Shown: one piece after another, positions 8,341-17,836 of the stretch
Layout of the letters: each line of letters begins with the position of its first letter
How positions within the stretch are numbered: position 1 is the stretch's first letter
Assembly: GCA_030432695.1 (NCBI GenBank)
Contig: JAUILN010000010.1
Span: 114,910-178,909 of the forward strand
Direction of reading: 5' to 3'
DNA length: 64,000 bases
From: a bacterium
Lineage (GTDB): Bacteria > Planctomycetota > UBA1135 > UBA2386
Notes under the pieces: generated by a model
Seen by the model: the letters and a program-made list of their open reading frames with translations, nothing else
Database searches by the model: none
What the model was told of the DNA's origin: nothing
Made by a program: the position numbers and the translations under genes

Positions 8341-10199
8341 TCCTCGCCGCCCAGGGGTTCCTCCCGCAGGCCGCGGTCTACCTGGCCGCCGCGGTCCTGG
8401 TCGTGCCGATCGCCCGCCGGCTCGGCCTCGGCTCGGTGCTCGGCTATCTGATCGCCGGCGTCGCGATCGGTCCGTTCGGCCTCGGTCTGGTCGGCGACAC
8501 CGAGAGCGGCGAGATGCTCCACGTCGCCGAGTTCGGCGTGGTGATGATGCTGTTCCTGATCGGCCTGGAGCTGCAGCCGCGCCTCTTGTGGCGCATGCGC
8601 ACGCCGATCCTCGGGCTGGGCGGGCTGCAGGTCGTCGCCACCACCGCGCTGCTGGGCGCTCTCGCGATGGCCGCCGGCCTGAGCTGGCAGGCCGCGTTGG
8701 CGGTCGGCATGACGCTGTCGCTGTCCTCCACGGCGATCGTCCTGCAATCCCTCGCCGAGAAGGGCATGTCCAACAGCGCGGCCGGTCGCTCGGCCTTCGC
8801 GGTGCTGCTGTTCCAGGACATCGCGGTGATCCCGATGCTCGCGCTCCTGCCGCTGTTGGCCAGCGAGTCCACCGCGAGCACGACCGGCGACGGCCAGCAC
8901 CCGCTGGTGGTACTCGGCACGGTCGCCGCCGTGGTGGTCGCCGGCCGCTACCTGTCGCGGCCGGTGTTCCGCTTCCTCGCCGCCTCGGAACTGCGCGAGA
9001 TCTTCACCGCCGCGGCCTTGCTGCTGGTGGTCGGAGTGTCGCTGGCCATGCTCGCGGTCGGCCTGTCGCCAGCGCTCGGCGCGTTCGTCGCCGGCGTGGT
9101 CTTGGCCGAGAACGAGTACCGCCACGAACTCGAGGCCGACATCGAGCCGTTCAAGGGCCTGCTGCTCGGCCTGTTCTTCCTGTCGGTCGGCGCCGGCATC
9201 GACTTCGGCCTGCTCGCCGAACGTCCGGCGACCATCGCCGCGATGGTGGCCGGGCTGGTCATCACCAAGCTCGCGGTCCTGGCGGTGCTCGGACGCGCCT
9301 TTCGGATGCCGGCCGGCGCCGGATTGCTGTTCACCTTCGCGCTGGCCCAGGGCGGCGAGTTCGCCTTCGTGCTGTTCGAGTTCGCGCGGCAGAACGGCGT
9401 CCTCGCGGCAGACACGACCGGCCCCTTGGTCGCCGCCGTCGCGCTCTCGATGCTGGCCACCCCGCTGCTGCTGATCCTCGAAGAGCGCTGGATCCGACCG
9501 CGGCTCCGCTCGGCTGCGTCCTCCGCACCAACCGAAGCGCCGGCCGGCCCCGACGGCCACGCCCGCCGCGTGATCCTCGCCGGCCATGGTCGATACGGTC
9601 ATATCGTCTCGCGCCTGCTCAAGGCCCAGCGGCTGGAACCGACGGTCCTGGAACTCGACCCCACGCAGATCACCCTGCTGTCGCGCTTCGGACTGCAGTC
9701 GTTCTACGGCGACGCCTCGCGCGCCGATCTCCTCGAGGCCGCCGGGGCCCGCGACGCCGAGCTGCTGATCGTCGCCGTCGACGCCCCCGATGCCGCCCTC
9801 GCGATCGTCCGCGAGGCCCGCCGCAGCTTCCCGCATCTGCGCATCCTGGCGCGGGCCCGCGGCCGCGCGTCGGCCTACGACCTGCTCGATGCCGGCGCCG
9901 AGGAGGTGTTCCGCGAGACCCTGGAGAGCTCCCTGGCCCTCGGGGCACGCGCACTCACCGCGTTGGGTCGGCACCCGCACGAGTCCCACCGCGCCGCGCA
10001 GACCTTCGGCCGCCACGACCGCCGCAACTTCCACGAGCTGCACGCGCACCGCCACGACCAGGCGAAGTACGTCTCCGAAGCGCGCGCGCGGATCCAGGCC
10101 CTCGAACAGGTCCTGGAAGCCGACCGGTCCGACGAGTCGCCCGCGGTCGATGGCGCCTGGGACCCACCGGGCCCTCCCGCGCCTCAACCTCCCGCCTGA
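8337..10199 (+). CDS. kefB: Glutathione-regulated K+/H+ antiporter KefB/KefC (CPA2) with C-terminal RCK/TrkA-N domain
   Basis: N-terminus [50 protein letters not shown] matches the KefB/KefC start. RCK domain [18 protein letters not shown]. TTG start overlaps the kefG stop (GTTGA), matching the kefGB operon layout. Confidence 0.85.
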   Translation: [620 protein letters not shown]

Positions 10200-10239
10200 T
10201 CGGTACTCGCGCCGAGCCGGCGTCGCGCGTTGTCCGCCC

Positions 10240-11535
10240 ATGCGCTCACCGTCGATGTCACCGTTCGCCTGTCTGCTCACGGCCTGTGTGATCGCCGGAG
10301 CAGGAGCGTCGCAGGATCGTCCGCCCTCGCGCCGCGAGACCACCGAAATGGTCCGCAGCTTCCTGCAGATCGACGGGAAGACCGCCGACGGCCGCAAGGC
10401 GCAGCGCGAGATCCTGACCCGGCTGGAACTGGTCGCGGGACTGCGCGCGCGCGACGTCCGCGACTGGCGCAAGACCCTGGAGAAGGAGCAGCGCCGCCTG
10501 CGGACCCTCGAAGACGGCCACCGCAACTTCTGGTGGCCCGACGAGGAGCGCGGCCTCTACATGGTCGGCGGCGAGACCCGACGGCCGCGCGGCATCCTGA
10601 TCGCGATGCACGGCGGCGGGGTCGGCTCCGGGGACGCAGCCTCGGCGCACGGCTCCTACGCGCCGGCCGCTGCCGAACTCGACTGGGTGTGCATCAGCCC
10701 CGAGGTGCTGGAGAAGACCGAGCGCGGCTGGACCGACTCCGGCACCGAGGAGTGGGTGATGGACCTCGTCGACGCGGCACTCCGCACCTGGAAGGTCGAC
10801 CCGGCCCACGTCTACCTCGCCGGCCACTCGATGGGCGGCTACGGCAGCTGGACGCTCGGCGCGCACCACGCCGACCGCTGCGCCGGCCTCGCGCCGTCGG
10901 CCGGTGCTCCCACCCCGATCCTGGACCGCGCGACCGGCAAGGTGACCGACCTGGTCGAAGGCGTGATCCCCAACCTCCGGAACGTGCGGATCGCGATCTT
11001 CCAGAGCACCGACGATCCGCGGGTCCCGCCCGGTCCCAACCAGAAGGGCGTCGAGCTGCTCGGCGCGGCACGCGAGCGCTGGGGCGGCTTCGACTTCGAA
11101 TACTGGGAGGTCAGCAACCGTGGCCACGGCTTCCCCGAAGGTGGCGTGGTCGAACTGCTGCGAAGGGTCGAGGAATCGGTTCGCGAGCCGCTCCCCGAGC
11201 GCGTCGTCTGGCAGCCGGCGGTCGCCTGGAAGCGACAGTTCTACTGGCTGCACTGGGAGCGGCCGGCACTCGAGGCCATCGTGGTCGCCGACCTCGACCG
11301 CGAACACAACACCATCGCGATCCAGTCGAACGGCGCCGATCTCGCGGGCCTGTCGGTCTTGCTCGACGAGCGGCTGGTCGACCTCGACGAGGAGGTCGTG
11401 ATCACCGTCGACGGCAAGGAGACCCGCCGCGAGCTGTGCGCGGCGCGGCTGGCCGACCTGCTCGACACCTCGGTGCACCCCGACCCCGCACTCGGCTTCG
11501 CGGCGCGGCTGTCGGTGCTGGCCGACGACGACTGA
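10240..11535 (+). CDS. Secreted alpha/beta-hydrolase (esterase family)
   Basis: Signal peptide. IAMHGGGVG and nucleophile elbow GHSMGGYG. Paralogous to the C-terminal half of the 57305-59674 protein. Confidence 0.8.
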   Translation: MRSPSMSPFACLLTACVIAGAGASQDRPPSRRETTEMVRSFLQIDGKTADGRKAQREILTRLELVAGLRARDVRDWRKTLEKEQRRLRTLEDGHRNFWWPDEERGLYMVGGETRRPRGILIAMHGGGVGSGDAASAHGSYAPAAAELDWVCISPEVLEKTERGWTDSGTEEWVMDLVDAALRTWKVDPAHVYLAGHSMGGYGSWTLGAHHADRCAGLAPSAGAPTPILDRATGKVTDLVEGVIPNLRNVRIAIFQSTDDPRVPPGPNQKGVELLGAARERWGGFDFEYWEVSNRGHGFPEGGVVELLRRVEESVREPLPERVVWQPAVAWKRQFYWLHWERPALEAIVVADLDREHNTIAIQSNGADLAGLSVLLDERLVDLDEEVVITVDGKETRRELCAARLADLLDTSVHPDPALGFAARLSVLADDD

Positions 11536-11541
11536 TCGACG

Positions 11542-12717
11542 TCAGTCTCGCGAGCGCAGCAGCACCGTAAGGTGCGGGCGCGGCGCCTTGCGGATCAGCG
11601 CGTCGGAAGCCTGCTGACGGAGTTCGGCGACCACCGCACGCGGACCCGCCGCCCACTGCTCCAACTCCTCGCGCCGCGCCGCGCGACGCGCCATCGCCTC
11701 GCGATCGGCGCGCTGCGGACGACTCCGATTGAGCTGCTCCAGTTCGGCCTCGATGGTCCGGAGCACCGCGCGCGCCGCGTCGAGGCGCTGCTCCTGCTCG
11801 AGGTCGAGCGGCTGGGCGCCCGGCGCGACCGACTGCCACACGGTCTCGGCGAGCAGCAGGTCGCTGCGCCCATCGCCGTCCCAGTCCAGCGCCGCGAGCC
11901 AGGCCGACTGGTCGTCGGCGCGGAGTTCCTCGAGCGGCTCGGGGGCCGTGAAGCCTGCACCGTCCGCCGCCGCGCGGTGGAGCCGGACCGCGCCGTCGTG
12001 CAGCGTGAACAGATCGATCCGGCCATCGCCGTCCCAGTCGACCGCGACCGGGCCGTGGCCGCGGACTCCGTCGAGTTCCGCGACCTTCCCCGAGTCGGGA
12101 TCGAGCACCGCGAGACGACGCGGGTAGGAGCCGTCGTACTCCAGCAGGTACTCGAGCCGGCCGTCGCCATCCAGGTCGAACGGCATGATGCCGGCCAGGG
12201 TGGTCTCCGACTTCCAGTCCTTGCCGTCCACCTGCAGCAACTGCCGCGCGCCGAAGCCCTCGGGTCCACCGCGGAACCAGGCGATGCAGTCGGGAAGCAG
12301 CAGCGAGAACCCGAGGTTTGCGGCCGCCTGCACGGCGTCGGCGGCGACCAGGTCGAGGAAGCCATCGCCATCGACGTCCACGAGGTGCGGCTGGCCGGCG
12401 TGCTCGCAGGAGGCGGTGACCCGCGGACTCGACAGGTCCCCCGCCCCCGGCAAGGGCGCCAGCGCCGCGAACCGCCGCTCGGGCGCGCCGGCGAGGCCGC
12501 GCTGCCACGCCATCCCGCCGTTCAGGCCGAGGACCAGGTCCTCGATGCCGTCCCCGTCGACGTCGCCGAGCGCGGCTCCCACTCGACCGCTCGGCTCGCC
12601 GGTGTCCGGGGCCTGCAGTCGCAGGCGGGTGAGGGCGGCCTCGGCAGCCTCCTGGGCCGGCAAGGCCGATCCGGCGACGAGGGCAGCGATGAGGACCGTC
12701 AGGCTTCGATTCGGCAT
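11542..12717 (-). CDS. Secreted FG-GAP/VCBS-repeat protein with C-terminal coiled-coil
   Basis: Signal peptide. Repeated DGDGxxDL Ca-binding FG-GAP motifs (DVDGDGIEDL, DVDGDGFLDL, DLDGDGRLEY, DWDGDGRIDL, DWDGDGRSDL). Confidence 0.8.
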   Translation of the reverse strand: MPNRSLTVLIAALVAGSALPAQEAAEAALTRLRLQAPDTGEPSGRVGAALGDVDGDGIEDLVLGLNGGMAWQRGLAGAPERRFAALAPLPGAGDLSSPRVTASCEHAGQPHLVDVDGDGFLDLVAADAVQAAANLGFSLLLPDCIAWFRGGPEGFGARQLLQVDGKDWKSETTLAGIMPFDLDGDGRLEYLLEYDGSYPRRLAVLDPDSGKVAELDGVRGHGPVAVDWDGDGRIDLFTLHDGAVRLHRAAADGAGFTAPEPLEELRADDQSAWLAALDWDGDGRSDLLLAETVWQSVAPGAQPLDLEQEQRLDAARAVLRTIEAELEQLNRSRPQRADREAMARRAARREELEQWAAGPRAVVAELRQQASDALIRKAPRPHLTVLLRSRD

Positions 12718-12992
12718 GGGCTCTCCAGTCTACGAGGGCGGGGCGCTGGGGCGCGGCAGCGTCCGACGCCCACGCCGTTCACGAACTCCGCAGGCTCGAC
12801 GAAAGCCGCCTGCCCCGCTACCTCTTTGGAACGTGGCCCCCTCCAAGCGATCCTCCTCCGCGCCCGACCTGTCGATCGCGATCCCCGACAAGCCTTCGCC
12901 TTCGACGCTGACCGCGCGCATCGCCGGTTCGATCCGTGACCTGCGCCTCGACGTCTCTCCGAGGTCCGCCGGCGAGACCGTGGCACTGCGGA

Positions 12993-13492
12993 ACATGGCA
13001 AAGGCACTCAACCTGGCGCTGCAGGGCGACTTCCTGGAGACCCGGCTAGAGCCGGTCTACGAGGTCGCACGGGTGCGCAAGGGCACGGTCAAACTGCTGC
13101 ACCGCGAGTACATCGGACTCGGCGACGGGATCATGGCGTCGGTCGGCAAGGCCGCGAAGTCGTTCACGCTCACGCTGCGCGGCCCGGACCCGGTGTCGCC
13201 GGCGAATGTCGACGACGAGGGCTTCCGACCGATCCGTGGCACGCTGAGCCTGCTGGCCCGCAAACTCGACCTGGTGCAGGAGTTCGAGGACATGGTGCCG
13301 GGCTACGTCGAGCAGGCGCTGGACCGGCTGGAGAGCGTCGCGGTGATCGTCAACTGGCACCGCGACGAATGGCACATCGAGACCACCGTGGTCGGTCTCG
13401 ACGCCGTGCTCACGCCGGTCGGCGAAGACGAGGAGTCGCGGACGAAGCGCCTCGAGAACGCACCGCGCCGCCGCCGCGGCAAGAAGGGCTGA
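12993..13492 (+). CDS. Conserved hypothetical protein (may start at GTG 12833)
   Basis: Very strong GC3 bias and no internal stops. No family recognised. Coding bias continues upstream to a GTG at 12833. Confidence 0.6.
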
Positions 13493-13522
13493 GCGAGCGC
13501 ACTCTTCAGCGGCCTGCACACG

Positions 13523-15397
13523 TCAGCGAGCCTCGGGCAGCAGCCGGATCGACCGCAGGTTTGCCAGCGCCTTGCCCTCGGGGATCGCCGCTGCCGAGAC
13601 CCGCAGGGTCGCGCCGCCCTCCGGGACCTCGTCGAGGGTCAGCGTGCCGAGCGCGACGCTGCGGTACGCCTGCCAGCCCGCAGTGGCCTCGCCGAGCTTG
13701 CGCTGCACCCTCGCGCCACCGACCTCGACCTGCAGCGTGCCGCCCTCGTTACCCGGCTGGATCGCGACGTCGGCCCAGACCTGGTAGCGCCGCCCCGCCT
13801 CGACGACCAACCCGTCCCACGCCGCACCGTCGCCGACCGTGGTCCAGTAGCCGAGGTTGCTGCGCGCGCCGCCGGCAGCGCGGTCGTCGTGCGACTCGAC
13901 CTGCAGGTCCTTGGCCGGCCCGAGTGCGGCGTCGCCCGCGTCGAGGACGAACGATCCGTCGGCCGCCGGGAAGCGCCGCGGGTCGACGGCCGGCGGCTCG
14001 CGGAAGTCGAGCGCGACCACCGCCGCGTGGGGATCGGGGAACAGGCCCTGCTGGAGCGCGCGGGACAGGTCGATGCCGAGTCCCCGGTCGTTCCACTGGA
14101 ACTCCAGCTGCGGGTCGTCCGCGGGCCCCTTGCCGGTGACCCACCGCACCCGCTTCAGACTGCCCTGCAGCCCCGCGACGTGCAGCCAACCGCGCTCCGG
14201 CCAGTCGTAGAGCTGCAGGTAGACGGTGCCGCCCTTGGCCGTCGCGTTGCCCCAGGGCGTCCGCGTGAACGGCGCGCGCGTGGTGCCATAGATCGACTCG
14301 CCGTACGTCTCCAGCCAGCGCCCGATCGCCAGGAGCCGATCGACCTGGATCAGCGGGATGCGGCCATCGGCAGTCGGCCCGACGTCGAGCAACAAGTTGC
14401 CGCCGCGCGCCACGGTGTCGATCAACAGGCGGACCGCGGCGGTCCTCGAGATGTAGTCGTCGTAGCCCTCGGCGCGGTTGAAGGCGAACGAGCCGGCGGT
14501 GCCGCGACACTCCTCGAAGGGCTTCCTGCCGGCGAAGGTGTCATGGCCACCGTGGTGGCCGTACTCGGTGGTGTAGAAGTCACCGACCCGCCCACGCAGC
14601 CCCTTGCCCCAGCGGTCGTTGATCACCAGCCGCTCGGCGTCGGGGTGATTGGCGCGGATCCAGTCGACGATCTCCAGCGCGCGCCAGCTCGAGTCCGGGT
14701 GGTTCCACTCGCCGTCCGGCCAGAACACCGTCGGCCGGTAGCGTTCGACGAGTTCACGGATCTGCGGGAACATCACCCGCTCGACGTAGGCCGCGCGGTC
14801 GCCGTCGTACAGCGGGCTGTGCCACTCCATGAACGAGTAGTAGAGGCCCATGTCGAGACCGGCCGCGCGCACCGCCTCGGACAGCTCGCCGACCAGATCG
14901 CGCCGCGGCCCGGTCGCCGCACTGTTCCACGCGTAGCCGCGCACCTCGCTCGCCACCTCGCTCGGCCACAGGCAGTAGCCGTCGTGGTGCTTGCTGGTCA
15001 GCACCACGTAGCGCGCGCCGGCCCGCCGGAAGATGTCGGCCCACTCCGCGGGATCGAACAGCTCGGCCCGGAACAGCGGTGCGAACTCGCGGTACTCGAA
15101 GTCCTCGCCATAGTTCGCGGCGTGGAAGCGGCGCTCGAGACCGTCGTGGGCGTTGGTGTCCAGCCAGTGTTGGTACCACTCCGAGTAGGTGCTGGTGTCG
15201 CAGAACGACGGCACCGAGTAGACCCCCCAGTGGATGAAGATCCCGAACTTCGCGTCGGCGAACCACCCGGGCGTCGCGCGGGCGTTGCGCGACTCCCAGC
15301 TGGGATCGAGATCCTGCGCGGGCACCGCGGCGGAGGATCCGGCGATGGCTGCGGCGACCGCCGACACGAACGGGAGGAGCTTGCGAAACAGGGCCAT
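13523..15397 (-). CDS. Secreted alpha-L-fucosidase (GH29) with C-terminal carbohydrate-binding domain
   Basis: FGIFIHWGVYSVP, YVVLTSKHHDGYCLWPS and FWPDGEW are GH29 signatures. Signal peptide MALFRKLLPFVSAVAAAIAGSSAAVPA. The track ORF extends spuriously to 15556. Confidence 0.9.
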   Translation of the reverse strand: MALFRKLLPFVSAVAAAIAGSSAAVPAQDLDPSWESRNARATPGWFADAKFGIFIHWGVYSVPSFCDTSTYSEWYQHWLDTNAHDGLERRFHAANYGEDFEYREFAPLFRAELFDPAEWADIFRRAGARYVVLTSKHHDGYCLWPSEVASEVRGYAWNSAATGPRRDLVGELSEAVRAAGLDMGLYYSFMEWHSPLYDGDRAAYVERVMFPQIRELVERYRPTVFWPDGEWNHPDSSWRALEIVDWIRANHPDAERLVINDRWGKGLRGRVGDFYTTEYGHHGGHDTFAGRKPFEECRGTAGSFAFNRAEGYDDYISRTAAVRLLIDTVARGGNLLLDVGPTADGRIPLIQVDRLLAIGRWLETYGESIYGTTRAPFTRTPWGNATAKGGTVYLQLYDWPERGWLHVAGLQGSLKRVRWVTGKGPADDPQLEFQWNDRGLGIDLSRALQQGLFPDPHAAVVALDFREPPAVDPRRFPAADGSFVLDAGDAALGPAKDLQVESHDDRAAGGARSNLGYWTTVGDGAAWDGLVVEAGRRYQVWADVAIQPGNEGGTLQVEVGGARVQRKLGEATAGWQAYRSVALGTLTLDEVPEGGATLRVSAAAIPEGKALANLRSIRLLPEAR

Positions 15398-15443
15398 GCC
15401 CCCCGTCGTATCCTCGCGGTCCGTCGAAGGCGACGATGACCCG

Positions 15444-16109
15444 ATGACCGCTCCCTCCTCCGAACCCTCGGCGTCCTCCGCGCACCGGCTGGTGGCCTTG
15501 GGAGCGAGCAACCTCACCCGGCTCCTGCCCGCACTGACCCGCGCCGGCGGCTTCACCGAAGTGCGCGCCGCCTGCGGCTACGGCCGCTCCTACGGAGCAC
15601 CGAGCTGGTTCCTGCTGCGGCGGCGCGGCGGCATCGACACCTGCGGCCTGTGGAACGACCTGACGGCAGGCCCCGGTCGCGGCGGGCTCGGCCTCGTCAC
15701 CGATGTCGGCAACGACATCCTGTACGGCTTCGACGTGCCCTGGATCTTGGCGCGGGTCCGGAGCTGCGCGGAGCGGCTCCGCGCGCACTGCGACGAGCTG
15801 GTGGTGACCGGCCTGCCGCTCGACTCGATCGCCAAGGTCGGCCGGCTGCGCTGGCTGTTGCTCCGCACCGTCCTCGTCCCCGGCTGCCGCATCGGGCTCG
15901 CGGAGGCGAAACGTCGGGCACGGCAACTCGACGAGGAGTTGCGGGCGATGGCCGATGGGCTCGGCGCGCGCTTCGTCGAGCTGCCCGGGACGTGGTACGG
16001 AGTCGACCCGATCCACGTGGTCCGCCGCCGCTTCCCCGAGTACTGCACAGCGGTGCTCGGTGGCAGGTCCGCACCGGCCGGCCCGGCGCCGGTCCCGCGC
16101 CAGTTCTGA
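15444..16109 (+). CDS. SGNH/GDSL-like hydrolase family protein
   Basis: Block I GASN, block III VGNDILYG, block V DPIH. Confidence 0.65.
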   Translation: MTAPSSEPSASSAHRLVALGASNLTRLLPALTRAGGFTEVRAACGYGRSYGAPSWFLLRRRGGIDTCGLWNDLTAGPGRGGLGLVTDVGNDILYGFDVPWILARVRSCAERLRAHCDELVVTGLPLDSIAKVGRLRWLLLRTVLVPGCRIGLAEAKRRARQLDEELRAMADGLGARFVELPGTWYGVDPIHVVRRRFPEYCTAVLGGRSAPAGPAPVPRQF

Positions 16110-16129
16110 CCGGACCGCGCCGGCATGCG

Positions 16130-17227
16130 TCAGACGTTGAACAGGAAGTGCACGATGTCGCCGTCGCGCATCACGTACTCCTTGCCCTCCGAACGCATCT
16201 TGCCCGCCGCCTTGATCGCCGCCTCGGTCTTGTGCTGACGCAGGTCGTCGATGCCGTAGACGTTGGCCCGGATGAAGCCGCGCTCGAAGTCGGTGTGGAT
16301 CACGCCGGCAGCCTGCGGTGCGGTCGCTCCCGCCGGAATGGTCCAGGCGCGGATCTCCTTCTCGCCCGCGGTGAAGTAGCTCTGCAGGCCGAGCAACTGA
16401 TAGCAGCCACGGATCAGCTTGTTGAGCGCCGGCTCTTCGAGGCCGTAGGCGCCGAGCATCTCCTTCAGGTCGTCGCCTTCGAGACCGACCAGCTCCTCCT
16501 CGATCTTGGCGCAGACCACCACGCACTCGGCGCCGCGCTCCTTGGCATACTCCGCGACGCGCGCTGCCATCTCGTTGCCGTCCGGCAGCCCGGCCTCGTC
16601 GACGTTGCAGCAGTAGAGCACCGGCTTGGCGGTGAGCAGGCAGAGCTCGCGGAGGATGGCCCGCTGGCCGTCGTTCTTCGCCTCGACGGTGCGCGCCGGG
16701 TGACCGTCGCCCAGCACTGCGCTCAGCTTCTCGACGAACTCCAGCTCGGCCTTCGCCTCCGGCTTGCCGGTGCGGGCATTCTTGCGCGCCCGATCGACCC
16801 GCTTCTCGACCGTCTCCAGGTCGGCGTAGATCAGCTCGAGTTCGATGACCTCGACGTCGCGGAGCGGATCGACCGTGCCGTCGACGTGGATCACGTCGTC
16901 GTCCTCGAAGCAGCGGACCATCATCAGCACGGCATCGGTCTCGCGGATGTTGGCCAGGAACTTGTTCCCGAGGCCCTCTCCCTTCGACGCACCCTTCACC
17001 AGACCGGCGATGTCGACCAGGTCGACCGCGGCCGGGATCACCGCCCGGGTCTTGATGAAGCTCTGGATCTCCGCCAGCCGGCCATCGGGCACCGGCACCA
17101 CGCCGACGTTCGGGTCGATCGTGCAGAAGGGATAGTTGGCGCTCTCGGCGCCTGCCTTGGTGAGGGCATTGAAGAGCGTCGACTTGCCGACGTTCGGCAG
17201 GCCGACGATGCCGACGCTGAGACCCAT
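16130..17227 (-). CDS. ychF: Ribosome-binding ATPase YchF
   Basis: [23 protein letters not shown] (G1), [14 protein letters not shown]-terminal domain. Near full-length match to the YchF/OLA1 family. Confidence 0.95.
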   Translation of the reverse strand: MGLSVGIVGLPNVGKSTLFNALTKAGAESANYPFCTIDPNVGVVPVPDGRLAEIQSFIKTRAVIPAAVDLVDIAGLVKGASKGEGLGNKFLANIRETDAVLMMVRCFEDDDVIHVDGTVDPLRDVEVIELELIYADLETVEKRVDRARKNARTGKPEAKAELEFVEKLSAVLGDGHPARTVEAKNDGQRAILRELCLLTAKPVLYCCNVDEAGLPDGNEMAARVAEYAKERGAECVVVCAKIEEELVGLEGDDLKEMLGAYGLEEPALNKLIRGCYQLLGLQSYFTAGEKEIRAWTIPAGATAPQAAGVIHTDFERGFIRANVYGIDDLRQHKTEAAIKAAGKMRSEGKEYVMRDGDIVHFLFNV

Positions 17228-17377
17228 GAAGTGCTGCTCCGCTGGAGATTTCGGGGCAAGGGAGATACCGGATCGGCGCGGGACCGGCAAGACCGCTCCG
17301 GGCCCGCGCGATTGCGGCCGGGGAGGCGCGCGGCGAAGATCCCGTCCCCGGGGCTCCTACCCCGCCAAGGTTCCGCC

Positions 17378-17836
17378 ATGTTCCACCACCTCTTCCGCGT
17401 CGTCGCCGCAGCGACGCTCCTCGCCCTCGCCGCCCCCGCCCAGGTCGCCCCGGTCAACAACACCGGCTGCCCGAACTATGCGCCGCCGCAGTGGAACGGC
17501 GCTCCGCGGCTCGGCACGACCCTGACGTTCACGTACCAGCGCCGGCCCACGCCGGGTGGCCTGGCGTTCCTGGCGCTCGGCTACTCCTCGGGTGGCGGCA
17601 TCGACTTCAACCAGCCCGACACCTGCGTGCCGGGTCCCTGCCGCCTCTACGTCGCCCCGCTGGCCGCCGGCTACCTCACGGTCACGGACACCTTCCAGGC
17701 CAACATGCCGATCCCGATTCCCAACGACCGCGCGCTGCTGTTCTCGACCTTCGCGGTCCAGGGCGGCACCTACGACACGCTGGGCGGCGCGTGCTTCACG
17801 CTCAGCCAGGCCGTGAGCTTCGCGATCCAGCCATGA
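17378..17836 (+). CDS. Small secreted protein consisting only of a signal peptide plus the shared C-terminal domain
   Basis: MFHHLFRVVAAATLLALAAPAQV signal. The rest (NTGCP...GPCRLYVAP...MPIPIPNDRALLFSTFAVQGG...FAIQP) aligns with the C-termini of eight other secreted proteins. Stop overlaps the next start (ATGA). Confidence 0.8.
   Translation: MFHHLFRVVAAATLLALAAPAQVAPVNNTGCPNYAPPQWNGAPRLGTTLTFTYQRRPTPGGLAFLALGYSSGGGIDFNQPDTCVPGPCRLYVAPLAAGYLTVTDTFQANMPIPIPNDRALLFSTFAVQGGTYDTLGGACFTLSQAVSFAIQP

Noticed and set aside
8289-10526. 745-aa minus-strand ORF antisense to kefB
   Set aside because: Low-complexity Arg/Gly/Ala translation antisense to a bona fide CPA2 transporter.
15650-17377. Upstream 576 aa of the 728-aa plus-strand ORF
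   Set aside because: Antisense to ychF and the SGNH gene. Only the last 152 aa (17378-17836) have a signal peptide and family similarity.
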